A stretch of 64,000 bases of DNA from an uncultured Gemmatimonadales bacterium (GCA_963716255.1 OY970303.1:256001-320000), one strand, 5' to 3'. Positions 7,558-21,041 are shown, counted from the first letter of the stretch. Notes: generated from the sequence alone by a model not told the origin. A program made the numbers and translations.

Positions 7558-9876
7558 TCACGGCCGCCCTCCCGCGCCCAGCCGCCGGAAGTACTCGGCT
7601 GCGGCCGGGTCGGCGGTGGACGGCAGCGGGGCCGCCGCGGCGCCCGGGCCCGTGCCGGACCCCAGGAGCGCGCTTGCCTGCGCGAGGATCCGGCGCGCTT
7701 CGCCGGCCCTCCCCCGCCCCGCCGCCTCGGCCGCCCGCGCCAGCAGCGCGGCGGCGCGGGGGTCGGCGCCCGGCGCGGCGAGCGCCCGCTCGGCCAGCGC
7801 GGACAGCGCCAGCGCGGCGTCCCGCGGGGAAAGGGTGCGCAGGCGCTCCGCGGCCAGGTCGGCGTCGGCGAGGAGCGGCGCCGCGGAGGGCGCGGCGGGC
7901 CCGGGCGTGCGATTCTGCGGCGCGGCCTCGTCCAGCTTGCCGGTGCCGCGGGCGGCGGCCACGTCCACGGGGTCCACCCGCACGGTGCCGCGCACGTAGC
8001 GCCGCTCGCCCTCCTGCGCCTGCTTGATGAGCCGCAGCGCCTCGTACTGGTGCGGGAGCGCCGCGGCGGGCGCGCCCTGGTTCAGCTCGCGCTCGGCGGC
8101 CCACATGGCGTTGTAGATGGTGAGCAGCCGCTGGTCCACGCGGATCACGGGCGCTTCGTCGTGGCGGTGCGAGACCTCGTCCAGCGTTCCCCGCCCGGTG
8201 GCCTCGGAGGCTTCCTCCAGGACCTGCTCCGGGGTGCGCGCCTCCGCCTCCTCGCCGGCGTGCTCCTCGCCCTCGTGCGCGTGGGGGGTGCCGCCGGCGT
8301 CCTGGAAGCCCACCTGGGCGCCGGGGAGCTGCATGCCGCCGGTGCTGCGCTCGAAGATCTGCTCGCCCACGCGGTCGCGGAGGCGCCCCTGCTGGGCGCC
8401 GATGTCCTGCCCATCCCGCAGCACGGCCTCGCGGCCCAGGCGCGGGGCGCGGTCGCGCAGCCGCTCGGTCAGGAGGATCAGCATGCGCTGGCTGAGGACG
8501 GGGTCCTTTTCCACCTCGGGCGGGATGCCGACGATGGTGTTCACCTGGTCCAGCTCCTCGGGGCGGGCGATGCGGATCACGCGCGTCTGCGACACGCTCT
8601 CCCCCGGGCCGCCCACGTCGTTGCGGTCGCGGGCGACGGCGCGCAGGTGGATCATGTCGCCCGGCCGCAGCCCCATGGCGCCCAGGTCCAGCGCGTACTC
8701 GCCGGCGGCCGTCGCCCCATCGCGGGCGACGCGCGCCCAGGGCCACTCGCCCTCCTCGAACGTGTACGACTCGCCGCTCCCGCGCGAGCGGATCCACGTC
8801 AGCCGGAAGTCGCCCACGCCGAAGTCGTCGCTCGCGGTGGCGCGCAGCCGGACCACGCCGCTCGCGGAGGCGAGCACCAGGTCGCCGGCGGGCTCGCGCA
8901 GGGCGACGTCGGGCGGCTGGTCGGCGCGCGGGGTGATGGGGACGACGCGGCGGTCCACGACCTCGCCCGCGGCGACCGCTTCCAGCGCCAGCCCGCGGGC
9001 GCCCGCCTGGGTCCACGTCACGCTCCACTCGCCCCCGCCGCGCCGCACCGGGAGCGGCCCGCCGCCCACCAGCGACGCCCGCACGCCGGACCAGCGCCCC
9101 GGGAAGCGGCTGCGCAGCGAGACGCGCGTTCCCGGGAGGAGCGCCAGCCCCTCGGCGCCGCGGAGCTCGCGCTCGGGGAGCCCGGTGTAGGCGGGCGGTC
9201 GGACGCGCCAGCGGAGCTCGTCGAAGCCGGGGACGGGCGGCGGCGGCACCGCCGGCACCACCTGGGCGCGCGCCTCCTCCCACGCGGTCGGGTAGGCGTC
9301 GGCCGGGCTGCGCCAGCGCGCCCACGCCTCGCGCGCGGGGCCGGGAAAGGCCCCCGCGAGGAGGAGCGCGGCCAGCGCGGCGCCGCCCAGGAGCGCGCCG
9401 GGGCGGCGCAGGCGCGGCGGCACGACCTCGCGCGCGTCCACCTGGCGGACGCGCGCCGCGGCGTCCGCGTGGAAGGCGCGCAGCACGACGCCGTCCGGTC
9501 CCGCGCCGCCGTCCGCCGCGCCGAGGTCGAGCAGGGTCGCCAGCCGGTTGCCGAGCGCGGGGACGCGCTCCTCCGCCAGCAGCGCGAGCCGCCGGTCGCC
9601 CGGGGGATGCGACGCGCGCCACGCCGCCCGCCCGAGCACGCCCGCCGCGAGCAGCAACGGCGCCCAGCGGAGGATCTCGCGCGCCCCGGCCGGCAGCGGC
9701 CACAGCAGGTCGAGCGCGACGAGCGCGAGCGCCGCGAGCCCCCCCAGCGCGGGCGCGAGCAGCAGCGCGCGCGCCAGAACGGCGCCGCGCCAGCGCGCGC
9801 GCACCCGCCGGAGCAGCGTGCGTGCGGCGGAATCCGCGCCCGCGCCGACGGTCCGCGGCTCGATCACCGTGCTCAC
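7558..9876 (-). CDS. DUF4175-like membrane-anchored protein
   Basis: N-terminal TM helices, PPAYTG, ASDDFGV, ARDRNDVGGP, helical C-terminus; GTGA overlap with the upstream stop. Confidence 0.75.
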   Translation of the reverse strand: MSTVIEPRTVGAGADSAARTLLRRVRARWRGAVLARALLLAPALGGLAALALVALDLLWPLPAGAREILRWAPLLLAAGVLGRAAWRASHPPGDRRLALLAEERVPALGNRLATLLDLGAADGGAGPDGVVLRAFHADAAARVRQVDAREVVPPRLRRPGALLGGAALAALLLAGAFPGPAREAWARWRSPADAYPTAWEEARAQVVPAVPPPPVPGFDELRWRVRPPAYTGLPERELRGAEGLALLPGTRVSLRSRFPGRWSGVRASLVGGGPLPVRRGGGEWSVTWTQAGARGLALEAVAAGEVVDRRVVPITPRADQPPDVALREPAGDLVLASASGVVRLRATASDDFGVGDFRLTWIRSRGSGESYTFEEGEWPWARVARDGATAAGEYALDLGAMGLRPGDMIHLRAVARDRNDVGGPGESVSQTRVIRIARPEELDQVNTIVGIPPEVEKDPVLSQRMLILLTERLRDRAPRLGREAVLRDGQDIGAQQGRLRDRVGEQIFERSTGGMQLPGAQVGFQDAGGTPHAHEGEEHAGEEAEARTPEQVLEEASEATGRGTLDEVSHRHDEAPVIRVDQRLLTIYNAMWAAERELNQGAPAAALPHQYEALRLIKQAQEGERRYVRGTVRVDPVDVAAARGTGKLDEAAPQNRTPGPAAPSAAPLLADADLAAERLRTLSPRDAALALSALAERALAAPGADPRAAALLARAAEAAGRGRAGEARRILAQASALLGSGTGPGAAAAPLPSTADPAAAEYFRRLGAGGRP

Positions 9877-11288
9877 GCCGCCCTCCTCCGTCCTTGGGCC
9901 AGGACCGTTTCCACCAGGGCGACGAGGAGCGCCGCCCCCAGCACCCACCGGGCGAGCGGGATCCCGCCGCCCGCCGCCCCCGGCGCCGCCACGGCCACCC
10001 TGTCGCCGGCGCCCGCGCCGCGCAGCATCGCGCGCGCGCCCTCGTCCAGCGGAGCGGACCCGCCCCCGCCGGTCCGCGCTTCCTCGCAGCCGCGCGCGAG
10101 CCGGTCCACCGCGCGTGGAAAGGCCGCCGAGAGCGGCAGCGACCCAGCCTCCAGCTCCGCCGCGACGTACACGACGCACCCCCGGCCGGCGCGGAACGCG
10201 GCCGCCGCCGCCCGCCCGTCCGCCCACGCCGCGAGCAGCCGGGCGCCGCGCGCCGGCCCGCCCGGGAAGCGGCGCGCCGCGCCGTCCAGCCGCGTCCCGT
10301 CGTCCAGCACCAGGCTGCCTCCTCCGCTCGGATTCTCCCCGTCCGCGTCGGCCGACACCCAGGGCAGCACGTCCGCCCCCCCGACCGACGCCGCCCCGGA
10401 GACGACCACGGTCGCGCCGGCGCCCGCGGCCGCGCGCACCCGCGATGCCGCCGTGCCGTCGACCGGACCGAGCAGGAAGTAGACGGAGGCGGAGTCCGCC
10501 GCGCCCCCCACGATCCACCCCGTCGCCCCGAGCGCCGCGGCGACGTACCCGCCGTGCCCGGGCGCCGCCAGCACCGATGCCTTCCGGCCGCCCACGTCCG
10601 CGGCCAGCGCCGGCGAGGCGGAAGGCGGCGCGGCGGACGGCAGCCCGGGGAGGCGGATCGCGCCCGGCCAGGCGGCGCGGCGCACGGCGGCCAGCCCCGG
10701 CCGCCACCCGTCCCAGCGGAGCGAGGCAAGCAGCGTCACCCGCACCGAGTCCGCGCCGCCCAGTCCCCGCGCGGCGGACGGCACGGCGCGCAGCGCAGCC
10801 ACGTAGTCCGGCGGGGACCGGCCGGGCCCCGCCGCCGCGAGCGAGTCGAAGAGCGCAGCCGTCACTTCGCCCCGCGCCATCGGCACCGCCGCCGAGTCGA
10901 AGAGCACCAGCGCGCCCCGCGCCGCGCCGTCGGGACCCAGGAGCGCCCGCCGCGCCTCCGCCACGGCGGCCTCCCACGCCCGCCCGTCCATCGCCGCGCT
11001 GCGGTCCAGCAGCACCAGCTCCGCCGTCCCCCGCTGCCGCGGGAGCCACGCCGGCCCCGCCGCGGCCGCGCCCACCAGCGCCAGCAGCAGCATGCGCAGC
11101 GCCAGCAGGAGCAGGTCCGTGGGCCGGCGCCGCAGGCGGAGGGCGGTCCGCGCGTCCGGCGCGAGGAAGCGCGCCGTGGGGAGCGCGCTCCGCTCCGGCG
11201 GCCTGCGCGCGATCAGGTGGAGCAACAGCGGCACCAGCGCCGCCAGGAGACCGGCCGCGAGCAGCGCCGGGCGCGCGAGCTGGAGCAC
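9873..11288 (-). CDS. BatA-domain / degenerate vWA membrane protein
   Basis: N-terminal PLLLHLIARR...FL...LLLALRML (BatA/N-terminal double TM), LVLLDRSAAM, C-terminal TM. Confidence 0.8.
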   Translation of the reverse strand: MLQLARPALLAAGLLAALVPLLLHLIARRPPERSALPTARFLAPDARTALRLRRRPTDLLLLALRMLLLALVGAAAAGPAWLPRQRGTAELVLLDRSAAMDGRAWEAAVAEARRALLGPDGAARGALVLFDSAAVPMARGEVTAALFDSLAAAGPGRSPPDYVAALRAVPSAARGLGGADSVRVTLLASLRWDGWRPGLAAVRRAAWPGAIRLPGLPSAAPPSASPALAADVGGRKASVLAAPGHGGYVAAALGATGWIVGGAADSASVYFLLGPVDGTAASRVRAAAGAGATVVVSGAASVGGADVLPWVSADADGENPSGGGSLVLDDGTRLDGAARRFPGGPARGARLLAAWADGRAAAAAFRAGRGCVVYVAAELEAGSLPLSAAFPRAVDRLARGCEEARTGGGGSAPLDEGARAMLRGAGAGDRVAVAAPGAAGGGIPLARWVLGAALLVALVETVLAQGRRRAA

Positions 11289-11291
11289 CGG

Positions 11292-12197
11292 CTACCTCCT
11301 CCGCGAGCGCGCCCAGCGGATCAGCCCGCGCTCCACCGGCTCCGCCGTGGAAAGCGCCACGTACTCCGCCCCGCGCCCGCGCAGCCGCTCCGCCAGCGCG
11401 TCGTACCAGGCGCGCACCCGCTCCGCGTAGCCCGGGTCCGCGGCGGGCGCCGCGGCGATCCCCGGCCCCGGCCGCTCCGGGTCGTAGAAGCGCCCCGGCC
11501 CCGGCGCGCGCGTCCCCTCCTCCGCCGGCGTGAGCACCCGGAAGACGATCACCTCGTCCCCCCGCGCCCGCAGCCGCCCCGCGGCGGCCACCGTCGCCTC
11601 CGCGTCGCCCTCCTCCAGCAGGTCCGAGACGAGCACCACCCGCCCCGGCCGCCGCAGCCGCTCCCCGGCCCGGTCCAGCGCCGCCGCCGCCGTGGCGCCG
11701 CCCTCCGCGCGCAGCCTCTCCAGCCGCAGCAGCAGGTCGTGCAGCTGCCCCCGGCGCGAGCGGGGCGGCAGCGCCAGCTCCGCCCCCGTCCCGAAGGTGG
11801 CCAGCCCCACCGCGTCCCCCGCGCCCAGCATCAGGTGCGCCATTGCCGCGGCCACGTACGCCGCGTAGCGCAGCTTGGGGACGCCGCCCGGCTCCGCGTA
11901 GCCCATGGAGGCCGTCGCGTCCACCACCAGCACCGCGCTCAGGTTGGAGCGTTCGCGGAACTCCCGCACGTACAGACGGTCCGTGCGCCCGTACACCTTC
12001 CAGTCCAGCCAGCGCACGTCGTCGCCCTGCTGGTACTCGCGGTGCCGCGCGAACTCCTCCCCCGCCCCGTGGTTGGGCGAGCGGTGGATCCCCGCCACGA
12101 AGCCCTGCGCCACGGTGCGCGCGACCACGTCCAGGCCGCCCAGCCGCTCCAGCAGGCCGGGAGGAAGAAAGTGGGTCTGCGGCGTGGTGTCGGGCAT
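11292..12197 (-). CDS. DUF58 family (vWA-like) protein
   Basis: GIHRSP..GAGEEFARHREYQQGDDVRWLDWK, DATASM, VLVSD. Confidence 0.92.
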   Translation of the reverse strand: MPDTTPQTHFLPPGLLERLGGLDVVARTVAQGFVAGIHRSPNHGAGEEFARHREYQQGDDVRWLDWKVYGRTDRLYVREFRERSNLSAVLVVDATASMGYAEPGGVPKLRYAAYVAAAMAHLMLGAGDAVGLATFGTGAELALPPRSRRGQLHDLLLRLERLRAEGGATAAAALDRAGERLRRPGRVVLVSDLLEEGDAEATVAAAGRLRARGDEVIVFRVLTPAEEGTRAPGPGRFYDPERPGPGIAAAPAADPGYAERVRAWYDALAERLRGRGAEYVALSTAEPVERGLIRWARSRRR

Positions 12198-12229
12198 CTG
12201 GTATGAAAGGATGAAAAGAGCTCGGGTTC

Positions 12230-12361
12230 GGGCGTGCCCCCGGCTTGCGCCGGGGTCGGGCTTCGGCTCCGTAGAGCAGCAAACAACGCTGCTCAACGGA
12301 GTCGAGCCCCCGCGAAACTGCCCGCGGGGTCTCGCCCCTTCGGGCCGAAATCCCTCACGCG
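12230..12361 (+). repeat. ~130-bp structured repeat, copy 2 (stem variant GAGCAGC)
   Basis: Match to family; lies between moxR and DUF58, antisense to the operon. Confidence 0.95.
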
Positions 12362-12458
12362 GGGCATCGCGCTGGCGTCCGCGGGTTACCCCCGCCGTTG
12401 CCGTGCCGTTCTCCCCTCCCCCTTGCGGGGAGGGGCCGGGGGAGGGGGTCGCCGTCGC

Positions 12459-13532
12459 CTACAGTCCGCTCCGCGGCGGAGCCACCGCTTCCAGCAGCCT
12501 CGCCACCAGCGCGTCCGGCGTCACGCCCTCCGCCTCGGCGCTGAAGTTCACCAGGACGCGGTGGCGCAGCACGGGGGCGGCGACGCGGCGCACGTCGTCG
12601 GGGGTCACGTGGAAGCGGCCGGCGAGCAGCGCGCGGGCCTTGGCGCACAGCACCAGCGCCTGCCCCGCGCGCGGGCCGGCGCCCCAGCGCACCCAGCGGG
12701 CGACCTCGTCCGGAGCGCCGGGCGTCCCCGGGCGCGTGGCGCGCACCAGGCGGGCCGCGTACTCCAGGACGTTGCCCGCCACCGGCACCTCGCGCACCCG
12801 GCGCTGAAGCAGGAGCACCCGCTCCGCGTCCAGCACCCGCTCCACCGGCGGCTCCGCCGTGCCCGTGGTGGAGCGCAGGATCTCCACCTCCTCCGCCTCG
12901 CTGGGGTAGTCCAGGCGCACGTCCAGCATGAAGCGGTCGAGCTGCGCCTCCGGGAGCGGGTACGTCCCCTCCTGCTCCAGCGGGTTCTGCGTGGCCAGCA
13001 CGAAGAACGGGCGGGGGAGGAGCAGGTCCTCTCCCGCCACCGTCACCCGCCCCTCCTGCATCGCCTCCAGCAGCGCCGCCTGCGTCTTGGGCGGGGTGCG
13101 GTTGATCTCGTCCGCCAGCAGCACCTGCGTGAACACCGGGCCGCGCAGGAAGCGCGCGGCCCGGCGGCCGGTGGAGCGGTCCTCCTCGATCACCTCCGTC
13201 CCCGTGATGTCCGAGGGCATCAGGTCCGGCGTGAACTGCACCCGCCGGAACTCCAGCTCCAGCGCCTCCGCCAGCGTGCGCACCAGGAGCGTCTTGGCGA
13301 GCCCCGGCACCCCCACCAGCAGCGCGTGCCCCCCCGCCAGCAGGCACAGCAGCACCTCCTCCAGAGCCGCCTCCTGCCCCACGATGCGGCGGCGCACCTG
13401 CTCCCGGAGCGCCGCGGCGTGCGCGACCAGCGATTCGATCTCCCCTTCGGCGGTGGCCAGGACTCCCCCCTCGTGGCTGCGGGCGTGGCGCGCTCCGGCG
13501 CGGAAAAAAACGCGAATGGATTGGGTAATCAT
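12459..13532 (-). CDS. moxR: MoxR family AAA+ ATPase
   Basis: GVPGLAKT Walker [46 protein letters not shown]. Start uncertain (could be near 13460). Confidence 0.95.
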   Translation of the reverse strand: MITQSIRVFFRAGARHARSHEGGVLATAEGEIESLVAHAAALREQVRRRIVGQEAALEEVLLCLLAGGHALLVGVPGLAKTLLVRTLAEALELEFRRVQFTPDLMPSDITGTEVIEEDRSTGRRAARFLRGPVFTQVLLADEINRTPPKTQAALLEAMQEGRVTVAGEDLLLPRPFFVLATQNPLEQEGTYPLPEAQLDRFMLDVRLDYPSEAEEVEILRSTTGTAEPPVERVLDAERVLLLQRRVREVPVAGNVLEYAARLVRATRPGTPGAPDEVARWVRWGAGPRAGQALVLCAKARALLAGRFHVTPDDVRRVAAPVLRHRVLVNFSAEAEGVTPDALVARLLEAVAPPRSGL

Positions 13533-13682
13533 ACCCTTGCCCGCGCCCCCCGCGAAAGGCGTGTTTACCCCCGGGTCGCGCGCCGGTCCACGCCCCATGG
13601 ATTCGCCGCGCGCCCGGCATTATACTCCCCGTACTCACCCGAGCACCGGTGGGACCGTCCGTCTCCCGCACGCCCTCGCCCC

Positions 13683-15080
13683 ATGTCCCGCTCCGGAAGC
13701 GCCCTGCGGCTCCTCGGCCTCGCGGCGGCCCTCGTCCTCCTCGCGACCGCCCCCGGGTGCGCCGGCTCCGCGCTGCGCCCCGCGTCCGCCCCGGGCGGAG
13801 GCCCGGAAACGGCCGCCGACCGCGAGCGCGCCTTCTGGAACGCCGTGAGCGAGCTGGAGCTGGTGCGCGCCACCCGCATCGCCCCGGACGCCGAGCACGC
13901 CGAGTTCGCGCGCGGGATGCGGCTGGTGCTGGACGGGCGGATGGAGCAGGCAGAAGCGCGCTTCGAGCCGCTCGCAGGCGCCGCCACCAACTCGCTGGTG
14001 CGCGTGGCCTCGCGCATCGCCCTGTCCAGCGTCTTCGGCTACGGCGGGCGCTGGCAGGCGCTCCACGACCTGTCGGCCGGCCTGCCGCTGCGCGCCTCCT
14101 CCGCCGCGCGCGGGCGCGCCGGCATCGACGCCTGGTCCGCCGCCATGCGCATGGCCCCCGAGGCGCAGTACCGCATCTCCGCCGTCCCCGGCGCGCTCCC
14201 CTTCGACGTCACCGGCACCGGCACGCCGCTGGTCCCCGTGCACGTCAACGGCCGCGTCCGCTACTTCTGGCTGGACACCGGCACCAGCGTCACCCTGATC
14301 GCCTCCGACGTCGCCGCCGAGGCCGGGATGCGGCCGCTCACCGGCGACACCCTGGAGATCGTCACCACCGTGGGGCGCATCACCGCGCTCCCCGCCGTGG
14401 TCCAGGAGCTCCGGCTGGGTCCCCTGTTCGCCACCGGGCACGCCGCCGCCATCGTCCCCGCGCGCGAGCTGACCATCGTGGAGCGGATGGAGGGCGGGCT
14501 CCAGGAGCGGGTCAAGATCGACGGCGTCATCGGCATGGACCTGCTGCGGCAGCTCAACGTCATCATCGACTTCCCCACCGGCGTCGCCATCCTGGGGCGC
14601 CCCCGCGCCGACCCCGAGGGCCGGACGCGCCGCAACCTCTTCTGGCTGGGCTACCCCGTCGTCCGCGCCGAGGGGCCGCGCGGCACCACGCTGTACTTCG
14701 GGCTGGACACCGGGGCCGATTCCACCTTCGTCACCCGCAATCTGCTCCGCAAGCTCCCCAGCCGGCTCCTCGCGAAGCGCACCCGCTACCTGTCCGGCTT
14801 CGGCGGCGACACCACCGTCCGCACGCCCATCCTGTCCGGGCTCACGCTGCGCGCCGCGGGCAAGAGCTTCAACCTGCGCGACGTCACCGTGCACGACAAC
14901 CGGCGCCTCATGCTGTTCGAGCTGGACGGCATCCTGGCAGCCGACCTGGGCGCCGGGCACCGGGTGCGCATCGACATGACCAACGGCATCTTCGAGATCG
15001 GCACTCCCGTGAGCGATCCGCGCGCCCGGGAGCGCCGCGCCGCCGATCCCGTTTCGGGCGGGGTTTCCGATCCTTCCTAG
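13683..15080 (+). CDS. Exported two-domain retropepsin-like aspartyl protease
   Basis: Signal peptide; two catalytic-type motifs FWLDTGT and FGLDTGA, followed by DGVIGMD and DGILAAD respectively. Confidence 0.85.
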   Translation: MSRSGSALRLLGLAAALVLLATAPGCAGSALRPASAPGGGPETAADRERAFWNAVSELELVRATRIAPDAEHAEFARGMRLVLDGRMEQAEARFEPLAGAATNSLVRVASRIALSSVFGYGGRWQALHDLSAGLPLRASSAARGRAGIDAWSAAMRMAPEAQYRISAVPGALPFDVTGTGTPLVPVHVNGRVRYFWLDTGTSVTLIASDVAAEAGMRPLTGDTLEIVTTVGRITALPAVVQELRLGPLFATGHAAAIVPARELTIVERMEGGLQERVKIDGVIGMDLLRQLNVIIDFPTGVAILGRPRADPEGRTRRNLFWLGYPVVRAEGPRGTTLYFGLDTGADSTFVTRNLLRKLPSRLLAKRTRYLSGFGGDTTVRTPILSGLTLRAAGKSFNLRDVTVHDNRRLMLFELDGILAADLGAGHRVRIDMTNGIFEIGTPVSDPRARERRAADPVSGGVSDPS

Positions 15081-15117
15081 TTTTCTTACGGATTACGGCA
15101 CGGATTGCGGCGGGTTC

Positions 15118-15247
15118 GGGCGTGCCCCCGGCTGGCGCCGGGGTCGGGCTTCGGCTCCGTAACGCACGAAACAACCGTGCGTAACGGAGTCGAGCCCGCG
15201 CAAACAGCCCCGCGGTCTCGCCCCTTCGGGCCGAAATCCCTCACGCG
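15118..15247 (+). repeat. ~130-bp structured repeat, copy 3 (ACGCACG)
   Basis: Match to family; 37 nt after the protease stop. Confidence 0.95.
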
Positions 15248-15291
15248 GGATCGCGCTGGAGTCCGCGGGCCTCGAGCTCGTCGCCTCTGCG

Positions 15292-15483
15292 TCAGCGGCC
15301 GATCTCGGGGAGCCCCAGGCCACGGCAGATCTTTCTCGCGAGCAGGTCCGGAACCTCCGAGTGGCGGGGGACAGCCTCGACCGCGCCTGTCGCCGGGTTG
15401 CACCAGGGCGAGTGCGCATCGCCCTCCCGCTTCAGGTAACCGCCGCTGATCCGCAGGTAGCGAAGGAGAGCGCCGCGCTTCAT
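15292..15483 (-). CDS. hicA: HicA family toxin
   Basis: 63 aa basic protein MKRGALLRYL...REGDAHS...VPRHSEV..LARKICRGLG; ATGA overlap with hicB. Confidence 0.85.
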   Translation of the reverse strand: MKRGALLRYLRISGGYLKREGDAHSPWCNPATGAVEAVPRHSEVPDLLARKICRGLGLPEIGR

Positions 15484-15695
15484 CCGATCTTGACCACCGA
15501 CCGGATCGCGTCCGCAGGGACGCCGCGGAGTGCGTCCTCGCGCCGGTCCTCCAGGACCAGTTCGATCGCGGAAGCCAGGCTGTCCAGGGATTCCTCGCGG
15601 GTCCGCCCCTGCCCGTTCGCCCCTGGAATCTCCGGGCACCAGGCCACGAACCAGTCGTCGTCACGCTCGATCACCGCGGTGAACTCGTTGTGCAT
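15480..15695 (-). CDS. hicB: HicB family antitoxin (short form)
   Basis: MHNEFTAVIERDDDWFVAWCPEIPGANGQGRTREE; GGAGG RBS. Confidence 0.88.
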   Translation of the reverse strand: MHNEFTAVIERDDDWFVAWCPEIPGANGQGRTREESLDSLASAIELVLEDRREDALRGVPADAIRSVVKIG

Positions 15696-16053
15696 CTCCC
15701 CTCCCGCGTAGGTTATCCGCTCCGCCTGGTTCCAATCAGGGATGCAAGGCGAGTTCCCGTCACCTGCCAGCCGCTCTTCCGCCAGAGCGTCCGCCGCAGA
15801 CGCACGGCGCGAACACCACGGTCGCAAGGTCGTGGACCCGGTCCGGCTCCACGGCTTCAGCGCCGAACGCCGCCGCCAGCCACCATGCCCGCTCCCCGGA
15901 GGAGCCGCGCCAGGTTCCACCCCACATTACCGCACCCCTGCACCGCCACCCTGAGCTCCGATCACTCGGCGCGGCCCGGGGGCCTGCGAAAACAATCTAC
16001 TTGCATCGTGCATGCAGGACACCCGCAGGCCGGCACGGACAGAGTTGTCCCTA

Positions 16054-16083
16054 TTGACTCTCGCTATACCTGACCGCTAACAT
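16054..16083 (+). promoter_or_regulatory. sigma70-type promoter
   Basis: TTGACT-N18-TAACAT about 60 nt upstream of the small Cys-rich gene. Confidence 0.6.
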
Positions 16084-16142
16084 GCGGGTCCGCCTCCGCG
16101 ACCGTGGGGCGGGACTGGCAAACCTTCTCTCCGGGGGACACC

Positions 16143-16358
16143 ATGAGCCTTTCGTTCACCACGCTGCGCCGGGTCCTGCTCGGCACCTCCTGCGCGATCG
16201 TGTTCGGGTTCGGCGGCGCCGAGCTGCTCGCCAAGCCCGCGCCCGCCGCGGCCCCCCCGGTCTGCCAGTCCGGCTACCGGCTGTGCAAGAACTGCTTTAA
16301 CCAGTGGTACTGCGCCGTGGACACCGGCTCCTGCCCCATCTGCGAGCTGAACAAGTAG
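16143..16358 (+). CDS. Small secreted cysteine-rich protein (71 aa)
   Basis: GGGGGA RBS; signal-like N-terminus; C-terminal VCQSGYRLCKNCFNQWYCAVDTGSCPICELNK with 6 Cys; own promoter and terminator. Confidence 0.85.
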   Translation: MSLSFTTLRRVLLGTSCAIVFGFGGAELLAKPAPAAAPPVCQSGYRLCKNCFNQWYCAVDTGSCPICELNK

Positions 16359-16389
16359 GCGCGACGGAGCCAAGCGACCGGCCCGCACG

Positions 16390-16432
16390 CACGAAGCGGC
16401 TCCCCGATCCGGGGAGCCGCTTCGTGTTTTTT
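16390..16432 (+). terminator. Rho-independent terminator
   Basis: 17-bp perfect stem CACGAAGCGGCTCCCCG/CGGGGAGCCGCTTCGTG followed by T6. Confidence 0.9.
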
Positions 16433-16453
16433 CCCGAGCTGACGGCGCGCCGG

Positions 16454-16497
16454 AGCCCGACCCGAGCGCCAGCGAGGGGCACGCCCAACCCCGCAGT
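16454..16497 (-). repeat. Fragment of the divergent 130-bp repeat subfamily
   Basis: 44 bp identical to 38274-38317; directly after the carB stop. Confidence 0.9.
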
Positions 16498-16504
16498 GTG
16501 CAGT

Positions 16505-19762
<3,258 letters not shown>

Positions 19763-20169
19763 CTATCGGTACCGTCGGGGCGCGGGTGTCTCGGGCGCGT
19801 GCGCGTGCGCCGGTCCCTCCCGTTTGGGGGAGGGGCCGGCGCGGATCGGTCGGTCAGTTGTCGTCGGGGCGGGAATATAGGCGACGGGCGGGCGGGGGGA
19901 AAGGCTGGGGACGGCGCTCCGGCATACGGTGCATTCCGGTCGCACCCGTCGCCCCACGGTACGCCATCCCGGCGAGGCGCCGCACGCATGCGGAGGCGGC
20001 ACCGCGCCTCGGCGGACGCGGGGAACCTTGACTTTGCGTCCGTCGGAGCCCTACCTGCAGCATAGCCCCGCTCGCGGGCACGGGGCGGGCGAGGAACCGC
20101 ACCCGAGCGTATGAGCTGCGCGGCCGCCGACGGGTCCGCGCCCTTCCATCCAGAGCCAGGAGGTGTGCC

Positions 20170-20709
20170 GTGACGGACGCAGAAGGAGCGGGAGCGGGCG
20201 AGGCCGTGGACGTGGATGCCTACGAGCGCGAGATGATGGGCCGGTTCGATGCCGAGATGTCGGCGATGACGGAGCAGGGACGCCGCTTCCAGCAGCAGTT
20301 CGACGCCATGATGGCGGCGTGGCAGCCCGTCCCGCCGCAGATGTTCTCGCAGTACGCGGATGGGCTGGAGCGCTGGATCGCGCACCACCGAAACGGGGCA
20401 GGCCCCGCGGCCGAGTGGCTGGAGCGCGCGGGACGCCCCGCGCTGGGCCAGCGCCTGGCGGCCGTGGTCGACGACCTGGGCAAGGCGGTCGCGGGGTACC
20501 GTCAGATGGCCGGACAGCAGGTGGCGCACATGAACGGCCTCGGCCAGATCCAGACCAACATGTACAGCCAGCAGCTGGCGGGCCAGCAGGAGATCGGCCA
20601 GATCCGGGCCGGCACGAACCGGGAGATCAACGAGATGTGGGCGGCGGGCCAGGCCGAGAGGACGGCGTCGTTCGAGCGGCAGAACGCCCTGTTCCGCCGC
20701 ACGCTCTGA
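20170..20709 (+). CDS. Hypothetical helical Gln/Met-rich protein
   Basis: GGAGG RBS before GTG; GC-rich third codon positions; no recognisable family. Confidence 0.75.
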   Translation: MTDAEGAGAGEAVDVDAYEREMMGRFDAEMSAMTEQGRRFQQQFDAMMAAWQPVPPQMFSQYADGLERWIAHHRNGAGPAAEWLERAGRPALGQRLAAVVDDLGKAVAGYRQMAGQQVAHMNGLGQIQTNMYSQQLAGQQEIGQIRAGTNREINEMWAAGQAERTASFERQNALFRRTL

Positions 20710-20888
20710 CGGCAGTCGGCGGCGGCTCGGGGCTGCGCAGGAAGAGCGGGCAACGGCACGGTCTCCACGACGGACAGCACCCGTGCAGCACCTGCGGCCG
20801 CCGGTGGTGAAAACGGGCTGCCGGCGGCGCCTGCGCGGGAGCTGCCGGCAGCGACGACGAGCGGGGCGTCTCCAGTACGGGGGCGCCC

Positions 20889-21041
20889 CGCTTCGTCAAA
20901 GCCTACGAGGAGGCGTTCCGGGCCGTGGGATTCCGCTCGTGGAGGACCGAGCCCTACCTGATCCCCCAGCGGTACGGCGAGGGCTTCTGGGACGAGTACG
21001 CCGCCGTGCCGTCGGTGGTCCACATCGTCTGCGAGAAATAG
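20889..21041 (+). pseudogene. Possible orphan 3' gene remnant
   Basis: Coding-like frame RFVKAYEEAFRAVGFRSWRTEPYLIPQRYGEGFWDEYAAVPSVVHIVCEK* with no convincing start. Confidence 0.35.

Noticed and set aside
4729..13532. MoxR-DUF58-BatA-DUF4175-DUF4159 operon as the novel system
   Set aside because: A widespread, already recognised gene neighbourhood, although its function is unresolved.
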